The notes below the pieces were generated by a model. The model was not told where the DNA came from and did not search any database. It worked only from the letters and a program-made list of their open reading frames with translations. From Eledone cirrhosa (taxonomy: Eukaryota), in the NCBI GenBank assembly GCA_964016885.1, contig OZ024750.1:39370001-39434000 (forward strand): a DNA stretch of 64,000 nt, in the 5' to 3' direction. The position numbers were made by a program, and so were the translations under genes. This document shows, piece after piece, positions 22,920-35,886 of this stretch (position 1 is its first letter; each line of letters begins with the position of its first letter).

Positions 22920-25900
22920 TGTGTGCTAGCATAGCCTGACACCAATGTCTTGTCACCCAGGAAATAGGTGTGTGCTAGCATGGCCTGACACCAATGTCCT
23001 CTTGTCACCCAGGAAATTGGTGTCAGGCCATGCTAGAACACACCTATTTCCTGGGTGACAAGAGGACATTGGTGTCAGGCCATGCAAGAACACACCTATG
23101 TCCTCCTGTCAACCAGGAAGTAGGTGCATGCTAGCATGGCCTGATAACAAATTCCTCCTGTCACCCAGGAAATAGGTGTGTGCCAGTAACACGACATCAA
23201 TGTCCTCCTGTCACCCAGGAAATAGGTGTGTGCCAGTAACACGACATCAATGTCCTCCTGTCACCCAGGAAGTAGGTGTGTGCCAGTAACACGACATCAA
23301 TGTCCTCCTGTCACCCAGGAAGTAGGTGTGTGCCAGTAACACGACACCAATGTCCTCCTGTCACCCAGGAAATAGGTGTGTGCCAGTAACACGACACCAA
23401 TGTCCTCCTGTCACCCAGGAAATAGGTGTGTGCCAGTAACACGACATCAATGTCCTCCTGTCACCCAGGAAATAGGTGTGTGCCAGTAACACGACATCAA
23501 TGTCCTCCTGTCACCCAGGAAATAGGTGTGTGCCAGTAACACGACACCAATGTCCTCCTGTCACCCAGGAAATAGGTGTGTGCCAGTAACACGACACCAA
23601 TGTCCTCCTGTCACCCAGGAAATAGGTGTGTGCCAGTAACACGACACCAATGTCCTCCTGTCACCCAGGAAATAGGTGTGTGCCAGTAACACGACACCAA
23701 TGTCCTCCTGTCACCCAGGAAATAGGTGTGTGCCACTAACACGACACCAATGTCCTCCTGTCACCCAGGAAGTAGGTGTGTGCCAGTAACACGACACCAA
23801 TGTCCTCCTGTCACCCAGGAAGTAGGTGTGTGCCAGTAACACGACACCAATGTCCTCCTGTCACCCAGGAAGTAGGTGTGTGCCAGTAACACGACACCAA
23901 TGTCCTCCTGTCACCCAGGAAATAGGTGTGTGCCAGTAACACGACACCAATGTCCTCCTGTCACCCAGGAAGTAGGTGTGTGCCAGTAACACGACACCAA
24001 TGTCCTCCTGTCACCCAGGAAGTAGGTGTGTGCCAGTAACACGACACCAATGTCCTCCTGTCACCCAGGAAATAGGTGTGTGCCAGTAACACGACACCAA
24101 TGTCCTCCTGTCACCCAGGAAATAGGTGTGTGCCAGTAACACGACACCAATGTCCTCCTGTCACCCAGGAAGTAGGTGTGTGCCAGTAACACGACACCAA
24201 TGTCCTCCTGTCACCCAGGAAATAGGTGTGTGCCAGTAACACGACACCAATGTCCTCCTGTCACCCAGGAAATAGGTGTGTGCCAGTAACACGACACCAA
24301 TGTCCTCCTGTCACCCAGGAAATAGGTGTGTGCCAGTAACACGACACCAATGTCCTCCTGTCACCCAGGAAGTAGGTGTGTGCCAGTAACACGACACCAA
24401 TGTCCTCCTGTCACCCAGGAAGTAGGTGTGTGCCAGTAACACGACACCAATGTCCTCCTGTCACCCAGGAAGTAGGTGTGTGCCAGTAACACGACACCAA
24501 TGTCCTCCTGTCACCCAGGAAGTAGGTGTGTGCCAGTAACACGACACCAATGTCCTCCTGTCACCCAGGAAGTAGGTGTGTGCCAGTAACACGACACCAA
24601 TGTCCTCCTGTCACCCAGGAAGTAGGTGTGTGCCAGTAACACGACACCAATGTCCTCCTGTCACCCAGGAAGTAGGTGTGTGCCAGTAACACGACACCAA
24701 TGTCCTCCTGTCACCCAGGAAGTAGGTGTGTGCCAGTAACACGACACCAATGTCCTCCTGTCACCCAGGAAGTAGGTGTGTGCCAGTAACACGACACCAA
24801 TGTCCTCCTGTCACCCAGGAAGTAGGTGTGTGCCAGTAACACGACACCAATGTCCTCCTGTCACCCAGGAAGTAGGTGTGTGCCAGTAACACGACACCAA
24901 TGTCCTCCTGTCACCCAGGAAGTAGGTGTGTGCCAGTAACACGACACCAATGTCCTCCTGTCACCCAGGAAGTAGGTGTGTGCCAGTAACACGACACCAA
25001 TGTCCTCCTGTCACCCAGGAAATAGGTGTGTGCCAGTAACACGACACCAATGTCCTCCTGTCACCCAGGAAATAGGTGTGTGCCAGTAACACGACACCAA
25101 TGTCCTCCTGTCACCCAGGAAATAGGTGTGTGCCAGTAACACGACACCAATGTCCTCCTGTCACCCAGGAAGTAGGTGTGTGCCAGTAACACGACACCAA
25201 TGTCCTCCTGTCACCCAGGAAGTAGGTGTGTGCCAGTAACACGACACCAATGTCCTCCTGTCACCCAGGAAATAGGTGTGTGCCAGTAACACGACACCAA
25301 TGTCCTCCTGTCACCCAGGAAATAGGTGTGTGCCAGTAACACGACACCAATGTCCTCCTGTCACCCAGGAAGTAGGTGTGTGCCAGTAACACGACATCAA
25401 TGTCCTCCTGTCACCCAGGAAATAGGTGTGTGCCAGTAACACGACATCAAATTCCTCCTGTCACCCAGGAAGTAGGTGTGTGCCAGTAACACGACATCAA
25501 TGTCCTCCTGTCACCCAGGAAGTAGGTGTGTGCCAGTAACACGACATCAATGTCCTCCTGTCACCCAGGAAATAGGTGTGTGCCAGTAACACGACACCAA
25601 TGTCCTCCTGTCACCCAGGAAGTAGGTGTGTGCCAGTAACACGACACCAATGTCCTCCTGTCACCCAGGAAGTAGGTGTGTGCCAGTAACACGACATCAA
25701 TGTCCTCCTGTCACCCAGGAAATAGGTGTGTGCCAGTAACACGACATCAAATTCCTCCTGTCACCCAGGAAGTAGGTGTGTGCCAGTAACACGACATCAA
25801 TGTCCTCCTGTCACCCAGGAAATAGGTGTGTGCCAGTAACACGACATCAATGTCCTCCTGTCACCCAGGAAGTAGGTGTGTGCCAGTAACACGACATCAA

Positions 25901-27180
25901 TGTCCTCCTGTCACCCAGGAAGTAGGTGTGTGCCAGTAACACGACACCAATGTCCTCCTGTCACCCAGGAAATAGGTGTGTGCCAGTAACACGACATCAA
26001 TGTCCTCCTGTCACCCAGGAAGTAGGTGTGTGCCAGTAACACGACACCAATGTCCTCCTGTCACCCAGGAAATAGGTGTGTGCCAGTAACACGACATCAA
26101 TGTCCTCCTGTCACCCAGGAAGTAGGTGTGTGCCAGTAACACGACATCAATGTCCTCCTGTCACCCAGGAAGTAGGTGTGTGCCAATAACACGACACCAA
26201 TGTCCTCCTGTCACCCAGGAAATAGGTGTGTGCCAGTAACACGACACCAATGTCCTCCTGTCACCCAGGAAATAGGTGTGTGCCAGTAACACGACACCAA
26301 TGTCCTCCTGTCACCCAGGAAGTAGGTGTGTGCCAGTAACACGACACCAATGTCCTCCTGTCACCCAGGAAGTAGGTGTGTGCCAGTAACACGACACCAA
26401 TGTCCTCCTGTCACCCAGGAAGTAGGTGTGTGCCAGTAACACGACACCAATGTCCTCCTGTCACCCAGGAAGTAGGTGTGTGCCAGTAACACGACACCAA
26501 TGTCCTCCTGTCACCCAGGAAGTAGGTGTGTGCCAGTAACACGACACCAATGTCCTCCTGTCACCCAGGAAGTAGGTGTGTGCCAGTAACACGACACCAA
26601 TGTCCTCCTGTCACCCAGGAAATAGGTGTGTGCCAGTAACACGACACCAATGTCCTCCTGTCACCCAGGAAATAGGTGTGTGCCAGTAACACGACACCAA
26701 TGTCCTCCTGTCACCCAGGAAATAGGTGTGTGCCAGTAACACGACACCAATGTCCTCCTGTCACCCAGGAAGTAGGTGTGTGCCAGTAACACGACACCAA
26801 TGTCCTCCTGTCACCCAGGAAGTAGGTGTGTGCCAGTAACACGACATCAATGTCCTCCTGTCACCCAGGAAGTAGGTGTGTGCCAGTAACACGACACCAA
26901 TGTCCTCCTGTCACCCAGGAAGTAGGTGTGTGCCAGTAACACGACACCAATGTCCTCCTGTCACCCAGGAAGTAGGTGTGTGCCAGTAACACGACACCAA
27001 TGTCCTCCTGTCACCCAGGAAATAGGTGTGTGCCAGTAACACGACATCAATGTCCTCCTGTCACCCAGGAAGTAGGTGTGTGCCAGTAACACGACACCAA
27101 TGTCCTCCTGTCACCCAGGAAGTAGGTGCATGCTAGTATGGCCTGATATCAATCTGTCCTTTCTCTCACCTAGGAAGTAG
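22920..27180. repeat. Satellite, 50-bp unit, about 80 highly homogeneous copies, with diverged ~54-bp monomers at both ends
   Basis: Unit TCACCCAGGAA(A/G)TAGGTGTGTGCCAGTAACACGACA(C/T)CAATGTCCTCCTG. Confidence 0.97.
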
Positions 27181-27320
27181 TTATATGATTTTGATTTTAA
27201 GAATCTTTAGATAAAACTTGAAAATTTTATCTTTTGTCAGAGTTGATCTGTTTATAGTAAGAAAATCTCAGAAACAGACATGTTACCTCATCAATTTTCA
27301 TTCATTTATAGCCATATTTG

Positions 27321-27590
27321 TGGAAGCAGGTGGCCCAATGGTAAGAATGTTGAACTTACCATTGTAATGTGGGTTTGATTCCTGGACTGGGTTGTGTGTT
27401 GTCTTCTTGAGCAAAACACTTCATTTTGCATTGCTCCAGTATACTCAACTGAAAATGAGTACCAGCCATAACTGGGAGTTTAACCCTGCGATGGATTGAT
27501 GTTTTGTTCTTTCAGTCGCTTAATGCCATGGAAACCGAGATAAGTACCGGCCTGGTGATCATCTGAGCTCAAGACAGACCAGACTTTTTT
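27321..27590 (+). mobile_element. Older tRNA/CORE-type SINE
   Basis: Degenerate A and B boxes followed by TCTTGAGCAAAACACTTCATTT..TTGCTCCAGT. Confidence 0.6.
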
Positions 27591-28268
27591 TTAGACATAT
27601 TTGACATATACTCCCACCCACATATTTAAAGGCTGTTTCCCCTGCTACTGAAGCAGGCTCTATCATAGATTCATGGGGTCCTTTTTAAGGCAATATTTTA
27701 CAGCCGGAAGCCTTTTTAGGCACCTCATATGACATGGCTACATCATCATCATCATCATCGTTTAACGCCTGGAGCAATTACCAAACAATTTAACCATGCT
27801 AAGATTTATCTCTACATGTTGCACAAAGCTTCTCATCTTCGTAATTGTCATATTTAACTATCTTCAACTATCTTTTCACTCTCCCAGCTTCTTGGAATTA
27901 ATTCTTTTACTGTATTTATTTATTTGAGTATAATATGCATTTTTCTTCCACATTTTAAAATCTAAAAATTAGTTAGGTATCATTTATTACTTGTGTATAA
28001 TACACACAAGTTTTTCATGTCCTTATTTGGGACATGATCAAAAGTTGTATCTATTCTCTAATCTAACTGATGAGTAACAGTTTAATTGCTCTAATATTAC
28101 TTTTATCTATGATAATATATTACATTTTTTAATATATTTTGTAACTGCCCATGTTGAGATAGTGTTAATCAGTGATTGACTAAATACTACAAAATTCTCG
28201 TAATTGTTTATAATGAAATAACCAGAAAATAAAATTGACAATGAAACAGTTTTTCTCTCCAGTTCATC

Positions 28269-28464
28269 TTAAACTCTTTAACATTTACATTACTCTATAT
28301 ATACTATTGTATTTTCATGGTAAAGGCTTTATCTTATGATATCGAATCTATAAGATTCTGATATTATTTGTTTTGAGAACAATACCTTAACATCAATCAG
28401 TTTGAACAGAAAGAGGTGAGAAAATTCTGGCCAGATATGGCCAGTTTAAATGCTAAAGGGTTAT
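28269..28464 (+). mobile_element. piggyBac-type MITE, family P
   Basis: Same body as 33673-33900, ending AATGCTAAAGGGTTA. Confidence 0.75.
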
Positions 28465-29695
28465 CAGAAATTTGTACTATAAATATATAGTAAATACAGT
28501 ATCAACTCAATTATATCCCTCAAAATATGAAACATTGGAGTTAATCCTTTTGACACTGAGACTGCCTGCCCCTGCTTCTACGATACAAAGCTGTTTGTTT
28601 TAAAGTATTTATATTTATTAACCCCCCAAATCTTTCCATAATTTTATCTAAGAACTTGTGATATGCTTGGTGGCCCCAGAAGTTTAATCTCTGCTTCCAA
28701 TATTGATTGATGCCTGTTCTATCACCTGAATCTGTCACTATATTTAATGAACACTTCTATATTACTGCCACTCTTCCTTCTACATAGCATCTTCCTCATC
28801 TCTCTTTCAGAGAACCTCTGAAAATTAAAAATACTGTTTCAGTTTAAAATTCTGATTTTTAAAATTCTTTAAATTGAATTAAAAAGAAAATTGCTTCAAC
28901 CTGAATGTCTGATGTTCAAAACGAACTTTTTTTGTTTTAAAGAAATGTATCATGTTAGTTTTTAAAAAGAAAATTCATTAATATTTTGTTGTCAGGCCGA
29001 AGAGGATCGGCTGCTTTCTGTTAGATTTGTGGAAGTGGAGACTTCTGGCGTTCTTGGGTTACTTTCAAACTTGTCATGTGAGAACTAGTCCTCTGTACTC
29101 CATATCAGTACCTATTTGGAGTTACTGCTCTCCTAGATGGGTTGCATGTGTGCTGTGGATTATGAAGTCCAGGTTTAATTGTTCCATTCTGGACATAATT
29201 ACTATATCTAGATGTACACTTCCTATCACCAACCAATTTCCAGAGTATACTGGGTGCATTATACTCTCCCAGCAGCACTAGAGAGGTTACATACAAGGAA
29301 GATCTCTCTAGAAAGGGGGTTAGGTCTGTTTAATCAGATAACTTGAGGCTATAATACAACAATATTCCTAAATAGCAATAATTTAATTTTCTCCTGATAC
29401 AGATCAATATAATTATCTTAATTTGTTTTAGCTTCATAATATATATTTATGGCTGGGTGTGTTGGTGAGAGAGAGAGAGAGAGGGGGGGGGGGGGGGGTT
29501 TATTGCAGTCGTGAACCGTGGAAATAAATACAAAATAATTATTACCATGGCAACTATCTTGTTAATAGATTTATGTAAAAAGCTAATATTTATCTTGGAA
29601 ACATTAGGCTGAAAAATATAATGAAGAGAAGGAGAATGACCTTGAAGATAACTTTTGTTTACAATGGAGGGAAATGACTCAACTGGGGAATAAAA

Positions 29696-30107
29696 CACAG
29701 AACCATTCTGGTCAATAGTTTAACCCTTTCTTTACCATATTTCTAAAACAGAACCAACCTGGTCAATAGTTTAATCCTTTCTTTATCATATTTCTAAAAC
29801 ACAGAACCATTCTGGTCAATAGTTTAACCCTTTCTTTACCATATTTCTAAAACAGAACCAACCTGGTCAATAGTTTAACCCTTTCTTTACTATATTTCTA
29901 AAACAGAACCAACCTGGTCAATAGTTTAACCCTTTCTTTACTATATTTCTAAAACAGAACCAACCTGGTCAATAGTTTAACCCTTTCTTTACTATATTTC
30001 TAAAACAGAACCAACCTGGTCAATAGTTTAATCCTTTCTTTACCATATTTCTAAAACACAGAACCATTCTGGTCAATAGTTTAATCCTTTCTTTATCATA
30101 TTTCTAA
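29696..30107. repeat. Minisatellite, 51/53-bp unit, about 8 copies, containing a TTAACCCTTT MITE-like end
   Basis: GGTCAATAGTTTAACCCTTTCTTTACCATATTTCTAAAACAGAACCAACCT in tandem. Confidence 0.9.
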
Positions 30108-30298
30108 CACTGCCTGGATATCTCAAATAATTTTGAAAATTATGTATTTGGAGGAATTTAGTAATATCAACTTTCTCGTTATATATTTAAAGGTTGGTGG
30201 ATTGGTAGAGCGCCAAACACAATGCATTGCAGCATAGTTATGGTGGCCCTTTACATTCTGATTTAAAATCCTGCCAAGGTTAGCTTTGGCTTTCATCT

Positions 30299-30610
30299 TT
30301 AACCCATTAGCATTTAAATCAGCCAGAATTCTCTCACCTCTTTCTGTTCAAACCTGCTGTAACTGGCCACTCATACAGATGTTAAGGTATTGTTCTCAAA
30401 ATAAATAATAGCAAAATCTCATAGATTCGATATTATGTGAGATAAAGCCTTTACCCCAAAAATACAATAGTATATATAGAGTAATGTAAATGTTATGTGA
30501 GATAAAGACTTTACTGTGAAAATATAATAGTATATATAGAGTAATGTAAATATGTGAGGTAAAGTCTTTACTGTGAAAATACAAGAGTAATGTAAATGGT
30601 AAAAGGTTAA
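30299..30610 (-). mobile_element. piggyBac-type MITE family P with one internal duplication, inserted into a family B SINE
   Basis: TTAACCC...GGTTAA ends. The SINE core is interrupted: CTTTCATC lies before the MITE and GGGGTCAATGAAATAAAATACCAG after it. Confidence 0.7.
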
Positions 30611-31744
30611 GGGGTCAATGAAATAAAATACCAGTCAAATACAGGGGTCAATTTAATTAACTTTCCCCTCCCCCAATCAAAAACCATTAATTTGATATTT
30701 AAAGGGTGGTGAATTGTTGGAATTGGTAGAGTGCAGGATAAAAAATGTCATTGCAGTATTTGTTCTGGTTTTCTACATTCTGAGGTCAACTTTGCCTTTC
30801 GTCCTCCAGGGATCAATAGTGTGTAATTCATTTGAAATGAGGTTATGAAAGAGTTAAATCACACACTACCATCATACCCAAGTACAGGAACACAAGGTAA
30901 TGTAGTCCTAGATACTTCTAAAAGAAAGATATTCTTACAGCTTGAATACCTTTGTTCAAAGGATTGTTTGATTAGGGCTGACCTGGTTGGAGCTAAACTA
31001 CAATTGGTCGTTATTCTATCAGCCCTGGAAGAATGAAAGTTTAAACTCTGGTAGGATTTGAACTCAGAACATAAAGAAACACAGTTAAATATCATAAGCC
31101 AAAGTATCAAACCAGCATGCTAACATTTCTGCTACTTTAACATCTTATACTCCTTTCCTGTTCCACCACTACATCCATGTCAGGTAAGTTGTATACACTC
31201 ACACCTGTTCTCTCTCCTACAGGTTAGCTAGATACACTCCACACCTGGTCTCTCTCCTACATCTATGTCAGGTAAGTTAGATACACTCCACACTTGCTCT
31301 CCCTCCTTGTTAGAGTTGTTTAACCCTCTAACATTTACATTACTCTATATTTACTATTATATTTTCATGGTAAACATTTTATTTCACATAATGTTGAATC
31401 TATGAGACTTTGATATTTATTTTGAGAACAAGACTATCACATAAGTATGAGTGGCTGGTTTGAAGAAAAAGAGGTGAGACAATACTAGCCAGATACGGTT
31501 GGTTTTAATCAATATATAACTGGTTCATATTTTATCAACCATAGTAAGCTGAAAGACAAAGTTGATTTTGGCTTCACTGAGAATATGAAGAGATTCTGTA
31601 AGCTACAGTTCTGCTATGGACCAGCAAAGGAACTCCTACAGTTGCTCAGAAATAGCTACTAAAAGGAACGATCGACTTTCGTCAAATCGGACCGAGGGAA
31701 CAACGTTTCCGTTGGTCTTTCCAATTGCTAATACTATCTATCGG

Positions 31745-31885
31745 TCGCAACTCCAGGTAGAAGGAGCAACGTGAAATAAAGTGTCATGCTCAAGGACATA
31801 ACGCATCGCCTGGTCCAGGAATCGAACTCACAACCTTACGATTGCGAATCCAATTCTCTAACCACTCAGCCACACGCCTTCACTA
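31745..31885 (-). mobile_element. tRNA/CORE-type SINE
   Basis: Reverse complement contains TGGCTGAGTGG (A box), GAGTTCGATTCC (B box) and TCCTTGAGCATGACACTTTATTTC. Confidence 0.75.
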
Positions 31886-32699
31886 CTAAATTCCCTTCAA
31901 ATAATATCCTGCTGTCCAAAGGGATGAGCTCATTAGATAATTTAGTCCTAGATATACAATGTATGAAAACATTGATAGCATGGTCATGACTGGAAGATCG
32001 TTGATTGCAGGTTTTATTGATTATGCTAACCAGAGTGGGTGGATGTGGCTAGATAATAACAACACCTAATGCTCTAATATTGATTTCTAATCTAGTCATA
32101 ATGACAGCAAAATTGATTAAATCAACACTAGTACTTCACTAATATTGTAATTTATCAATCTCAGAAAGATGAAAGGAAAGTTGACCTTGGCAGGATTTGA
32201 ACTTAGAATAAAAGAGCTACAACAAATACCAGATTATCTCCCTTAAAAACAAATTTCAATTTATTTTTACAATGCTGAAAAGTCCACGGAGTAAAGGGGT
32301 TGTTTTGGTGCCACAGTAAAAAGCACCCAGTCCACACTGTAAATGTGATTGGTGTTAGGAAGGGCATCCAGCTGTAGAAACCAAGCCAGAAACAGTTCTG
32401 TATGACCAAAGTTCAGTAATCTGATCTGACTTGTCTCACAACAGGACAACTCGTCTGACTCATGCTAGCATGGAAAAATGGACGTAAATAAAAAGAGCTT
32501 GAACAAATATGAGAACATTTCCCTTAAAAAATTTTTTAATTTATTTTTACAATACATAAAAGAACATAAGATAGTTCTAAAAATGTGATCACAGTTCTTC
32601 AGAGTTATCTGTGGCACATGATGGTAGGTTGGATATTGAAGACCATTTGCAATCTCAGACACAAAGCCAGTTTTGTTGCTAGTTTGGCACAATTAAAAA

Positions 32700-33612
32700 C
32701 TTTTTTTTAAATGTCAGAAATAATCAAATTGAAGCTTCTTGTTGCTGCTAAAGAAGTCACTTTTGTTTTTCATTCTGTTTCTCATTAAGTTAAGTTTCAA
32801 TACATCTAACTGTTGGTCAAAGTTGGTCTCAAAACATTTTGAGTCAAAGTTTCATCTAGAGTAAACAAAACATGAAATCATAATTTTAAATATAATTGTA
32901 CCAATGACTATATCTGAACTAGCAGGAGTCAAATTGTACCAATGACTATATCTGAACTAGCAGGGTCAAATTGTACCAATGACTATATCTGAACTAACTA
33001 AAATTCTAGCAGGGGTCAAATTGTACCAAGGATTAAATCTGGACTCGCTAAAATTCTAGCAGGGGTCAAATTTGGTGACAATTTTCTATGGATGCTTTAA
33101 ATTGAAAAGATGTTTAAATGATAGTTTTCATTATTCAATATTACAAGTAGTAGAAGTTCAATTTTGGGATATACCCACAGTTTCAGGTGAGACAGCCGAG
33201 ATCTTGACTAATACCTTAGTTTCAGTTATTGACAATCATGGGTTAATGGAAAAAGTTGTTAAATTTTGTAGAGACAACTGTAATACAAGTTTTGGTGGTG
33301 TAAAACAAAAAGGTTAGAACAATATATTTAGCTGAAAACCAAACTAGAAATGGTCTTTACTGGCATTGGCAGTGTTGCACACATTGTGAACAACTGTCTC
33401 CAAACAGCTGTTGCTCTTTTACCAATTGATATTGAAGCACTTATGAATGTTTTCAAATATTTTCACATATACAATTTATGTAACACAGTTAAAAGAATTC
33501 TGTGGCTATTACATAATACCAGATTTTTGTCAAAACTACAAACAATTGAAAATATTCTTAACATATTTACTGACTTGAAATTTACTTTTATTCCCAACAT
33601 GCAACACTGTTA
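32700..33612 (+). mobile_element. Degenerate hAT-superfamily transposase fragment
   Basis: Broken ORFs give GETAEIL..FCRDNCNTSFGGVKQKG*NN and GIGSVAHIVNNCLQTA (a decayed CxxH motif), then HNTRFLS. A short ~40-bp tandem lies inside at 32893-33075. Confidence 0.7.
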
Positions 33613-33672
33613 ATATATTTACAGTAAAAAATTGCCCAACCCCCCTGATGAGGAGAGGAGACTTACTCTCCT

Positions 33673-33900
33673 TTAACCCTTTAGCATTCACATTACTCTA
33701 TATATACTATTATATTTTCATGGTAAAGGCTTTATCTCACATAATTATCTCACATAATATCGAATCTATGAGATTTTGAAAGTATTTATTTTGAGAACAA
33801 TACCTTAACATCAGTTTGAGAGATCAGTTACAGCCAGTTTCAACAGAAAGAGGTAGAGACTTCTGGCCGGTTTTGGCCAGTTTGAACACTAAAGGGTTAA
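33673..33900 (+). mobile_element. Complete piggyBac-type MITE, family P (reference copy)
   Basis: TTAA-CCCTTTAGCATTCA ... TGAACACTAAAGGG-TTAA: TTAA target duplication plus CCCTTT terminal inverted repeats. Confidence 0.85.
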
Positions 33901-34357
33901 TACACAACTCATATGCTGTGGTTCTTCAGACCTTGTGTTATATTCTCATTGGTCTCTACTTCAACTCCCATTGATTCCAGTTTCTCCTCTGAAAATTTAA
34001 GTATATATATATATGTATATATATAGAACTAACTACATACCCAACCAATATAATTATAGTATAAGTGGTTGAACATTCCACAGGCACTTGTACTTTTAAC
34101 AAAATATCTTCAGTGTGACACTGTGTTATAACAAGGCTGGGCTTTTTGAATTACAGAAACAATCTGTTTGGCGAGCTTCCATATACTCTACTTTCCATTA
34201 AATAAATTTCATTTACAAAGCTTTTGTTGATCTAAGAATTTGGTAGAAGACATGTACAAGATAGCGGGCTGTGGAATTGCTCCCAGAACTTTGTGATTGC
34301 AAAGCAAACTTATTACCTATTCGGCCATGCCAGCATTCACAAGATAACACACACACA

Positions 34358-34697
34358 TGGAGGCACATGGCTTAGTGGTTAGAGCATTGGCCTTGCAATC
34401 GAAAGGTTGTGAGTTCAATTCTCAGACCGGGTGATGTGTTGTTTCCTTGAGCAAGACACTTTATTTCACATTGCTCCAGTTTACTCAGCTGTAGAAATGA
34501 GATGATAGGGACTGGGGTCCCTATCATTCCACTGCAAAGTGGTCGTGGAGGTGCCATGGCAAAAAAGCACCCAGCACTCACTGTAAATGAGGTTGGTGTT
34601 AGGAAGGGCATCCAGCTGTAGAAATCAAGCCAGAATCAGTTCCCGTCCCACCCTTGCAAGCAGGGAAAAGCGGACGTAAAATGATGATGATGATGAT
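34358..34697 (+). mobile_element. Full-length young SINE, family A
   Basis: A box TGGCTTAGTGG, B box GAGTTCAATTC, CORE-like TCCTTGAGCAAGACACTT, RTE-like tail and (TGA)n. Confidence 0.9.
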
Positions 34698-35235
34698 ACA
34701 TGAGTACATTCATACATACAGTCAAACACGTCTGTTTATGTGTAAAATATCACCGTCAGCACCATTTTACGTCTAGAAAGGTTAGAAAGGTTGCCCTGCT
34801 CTGAGGCTTGACAGGCAGGTCAGACGACTGAGTCTTGCACATACTACCCATTTTAGCATGGATTCTACGGCTGGATGTCCTTCCTAATACCAACCACTTC
34901 CCGACGTATACCCGGTGTTTTCTAGTAATACCACCTCTACCACCCTACAGGGTTGACTACGTGCTTTTTTCGTGGCACTAACACTACCACTTTACAGTGT
35001 ATATATATATATATATATATATAAATATATATAAATGAAAAGTATAGAAATTGTAGCAAGAAGCCAACAGTATTCCATAATATATAAGTGACTATAGCGT
35101 CAAAATGGGAAAATAGTTAACGTAAGATGTGGGAAAAATAATTCAAACTCAATTCAAAAAGAATCAGGATATATAGATTTATCCAACAGAATTTAGTGAA
35201 ATCCAGGGAAAAATCAATAGAGCCTATATATATAT

Positions 35236-35436
35236 AAATTAGAAATAGAATAGCTTTCACCGTATTTTTTTTACTAAAGAAATTTTAGTCTAACATCAAT
35301 ACTCATCTTTTTCCATTTATCTGAGGGTTCTAAACCCCATTATCAGACTAACATTTCTTTACTAAAATAAAATACGGTGAAAGCTATTCTATTTCTAATT
35401 TCAAACCTGCTCACCGTTTCAAAACATACTTACTTG

Positions 35437-35472
<36 letters not shown>

Positions 35473-35842
35473 AGTATATGTTGGTTGTATATCAACACCT
35501 CAATATGCAGATTGGAGCACTCGACGAGTGTGGAGGTTGGTTTGGTTACTCCGGAGGAATGTAAAATAAAATAAAATAAATAAGTCAAATGTTAAAAATT
35601 TGGCTTCGTTTATAAACGAAGCCAAATTTTAAACATTTGACTTATTTATTTTATTTTATTTTTTATATATATATATAGGAAAAAGTATGACTCCGACGGC
35701 AGAGCTCAAGCCGTTTCGACTGCTATAAATAGCCGTCGAAACGGCTTGAGCTCTGCCGTCGGGGTCATACTTTTTCCTATTTCCCACTCTACTACCCTAA
35801 GTATTGAGTACTCTGGTGCGTTATGGTCCATCTGGTTCCTTA

Positions 35843-35886
<44 letters not shown>

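Noticed and set aside
28996-29320. Possible exon after a GTCAG acceptor-like site
   Set aside because: No frame gives a recognisable protein, and part of the segment is a reverse-strand RTE/SINE tail fragment.
33645-33675. CTGATGA followed by a GGAGAG/CTCTCC hairpin, a possible hammerhead
   Set aside because: No GAAA or stem I follows, either before or after the adjacent MITE.
34360-34432. tRNA-like sequence with A and B boxes (also near 56057)
   Set aside because: There is no acceptor-stem pairing and the sequence continues into a SINE body and tail. It is a SINE head, not a tRNA gene.
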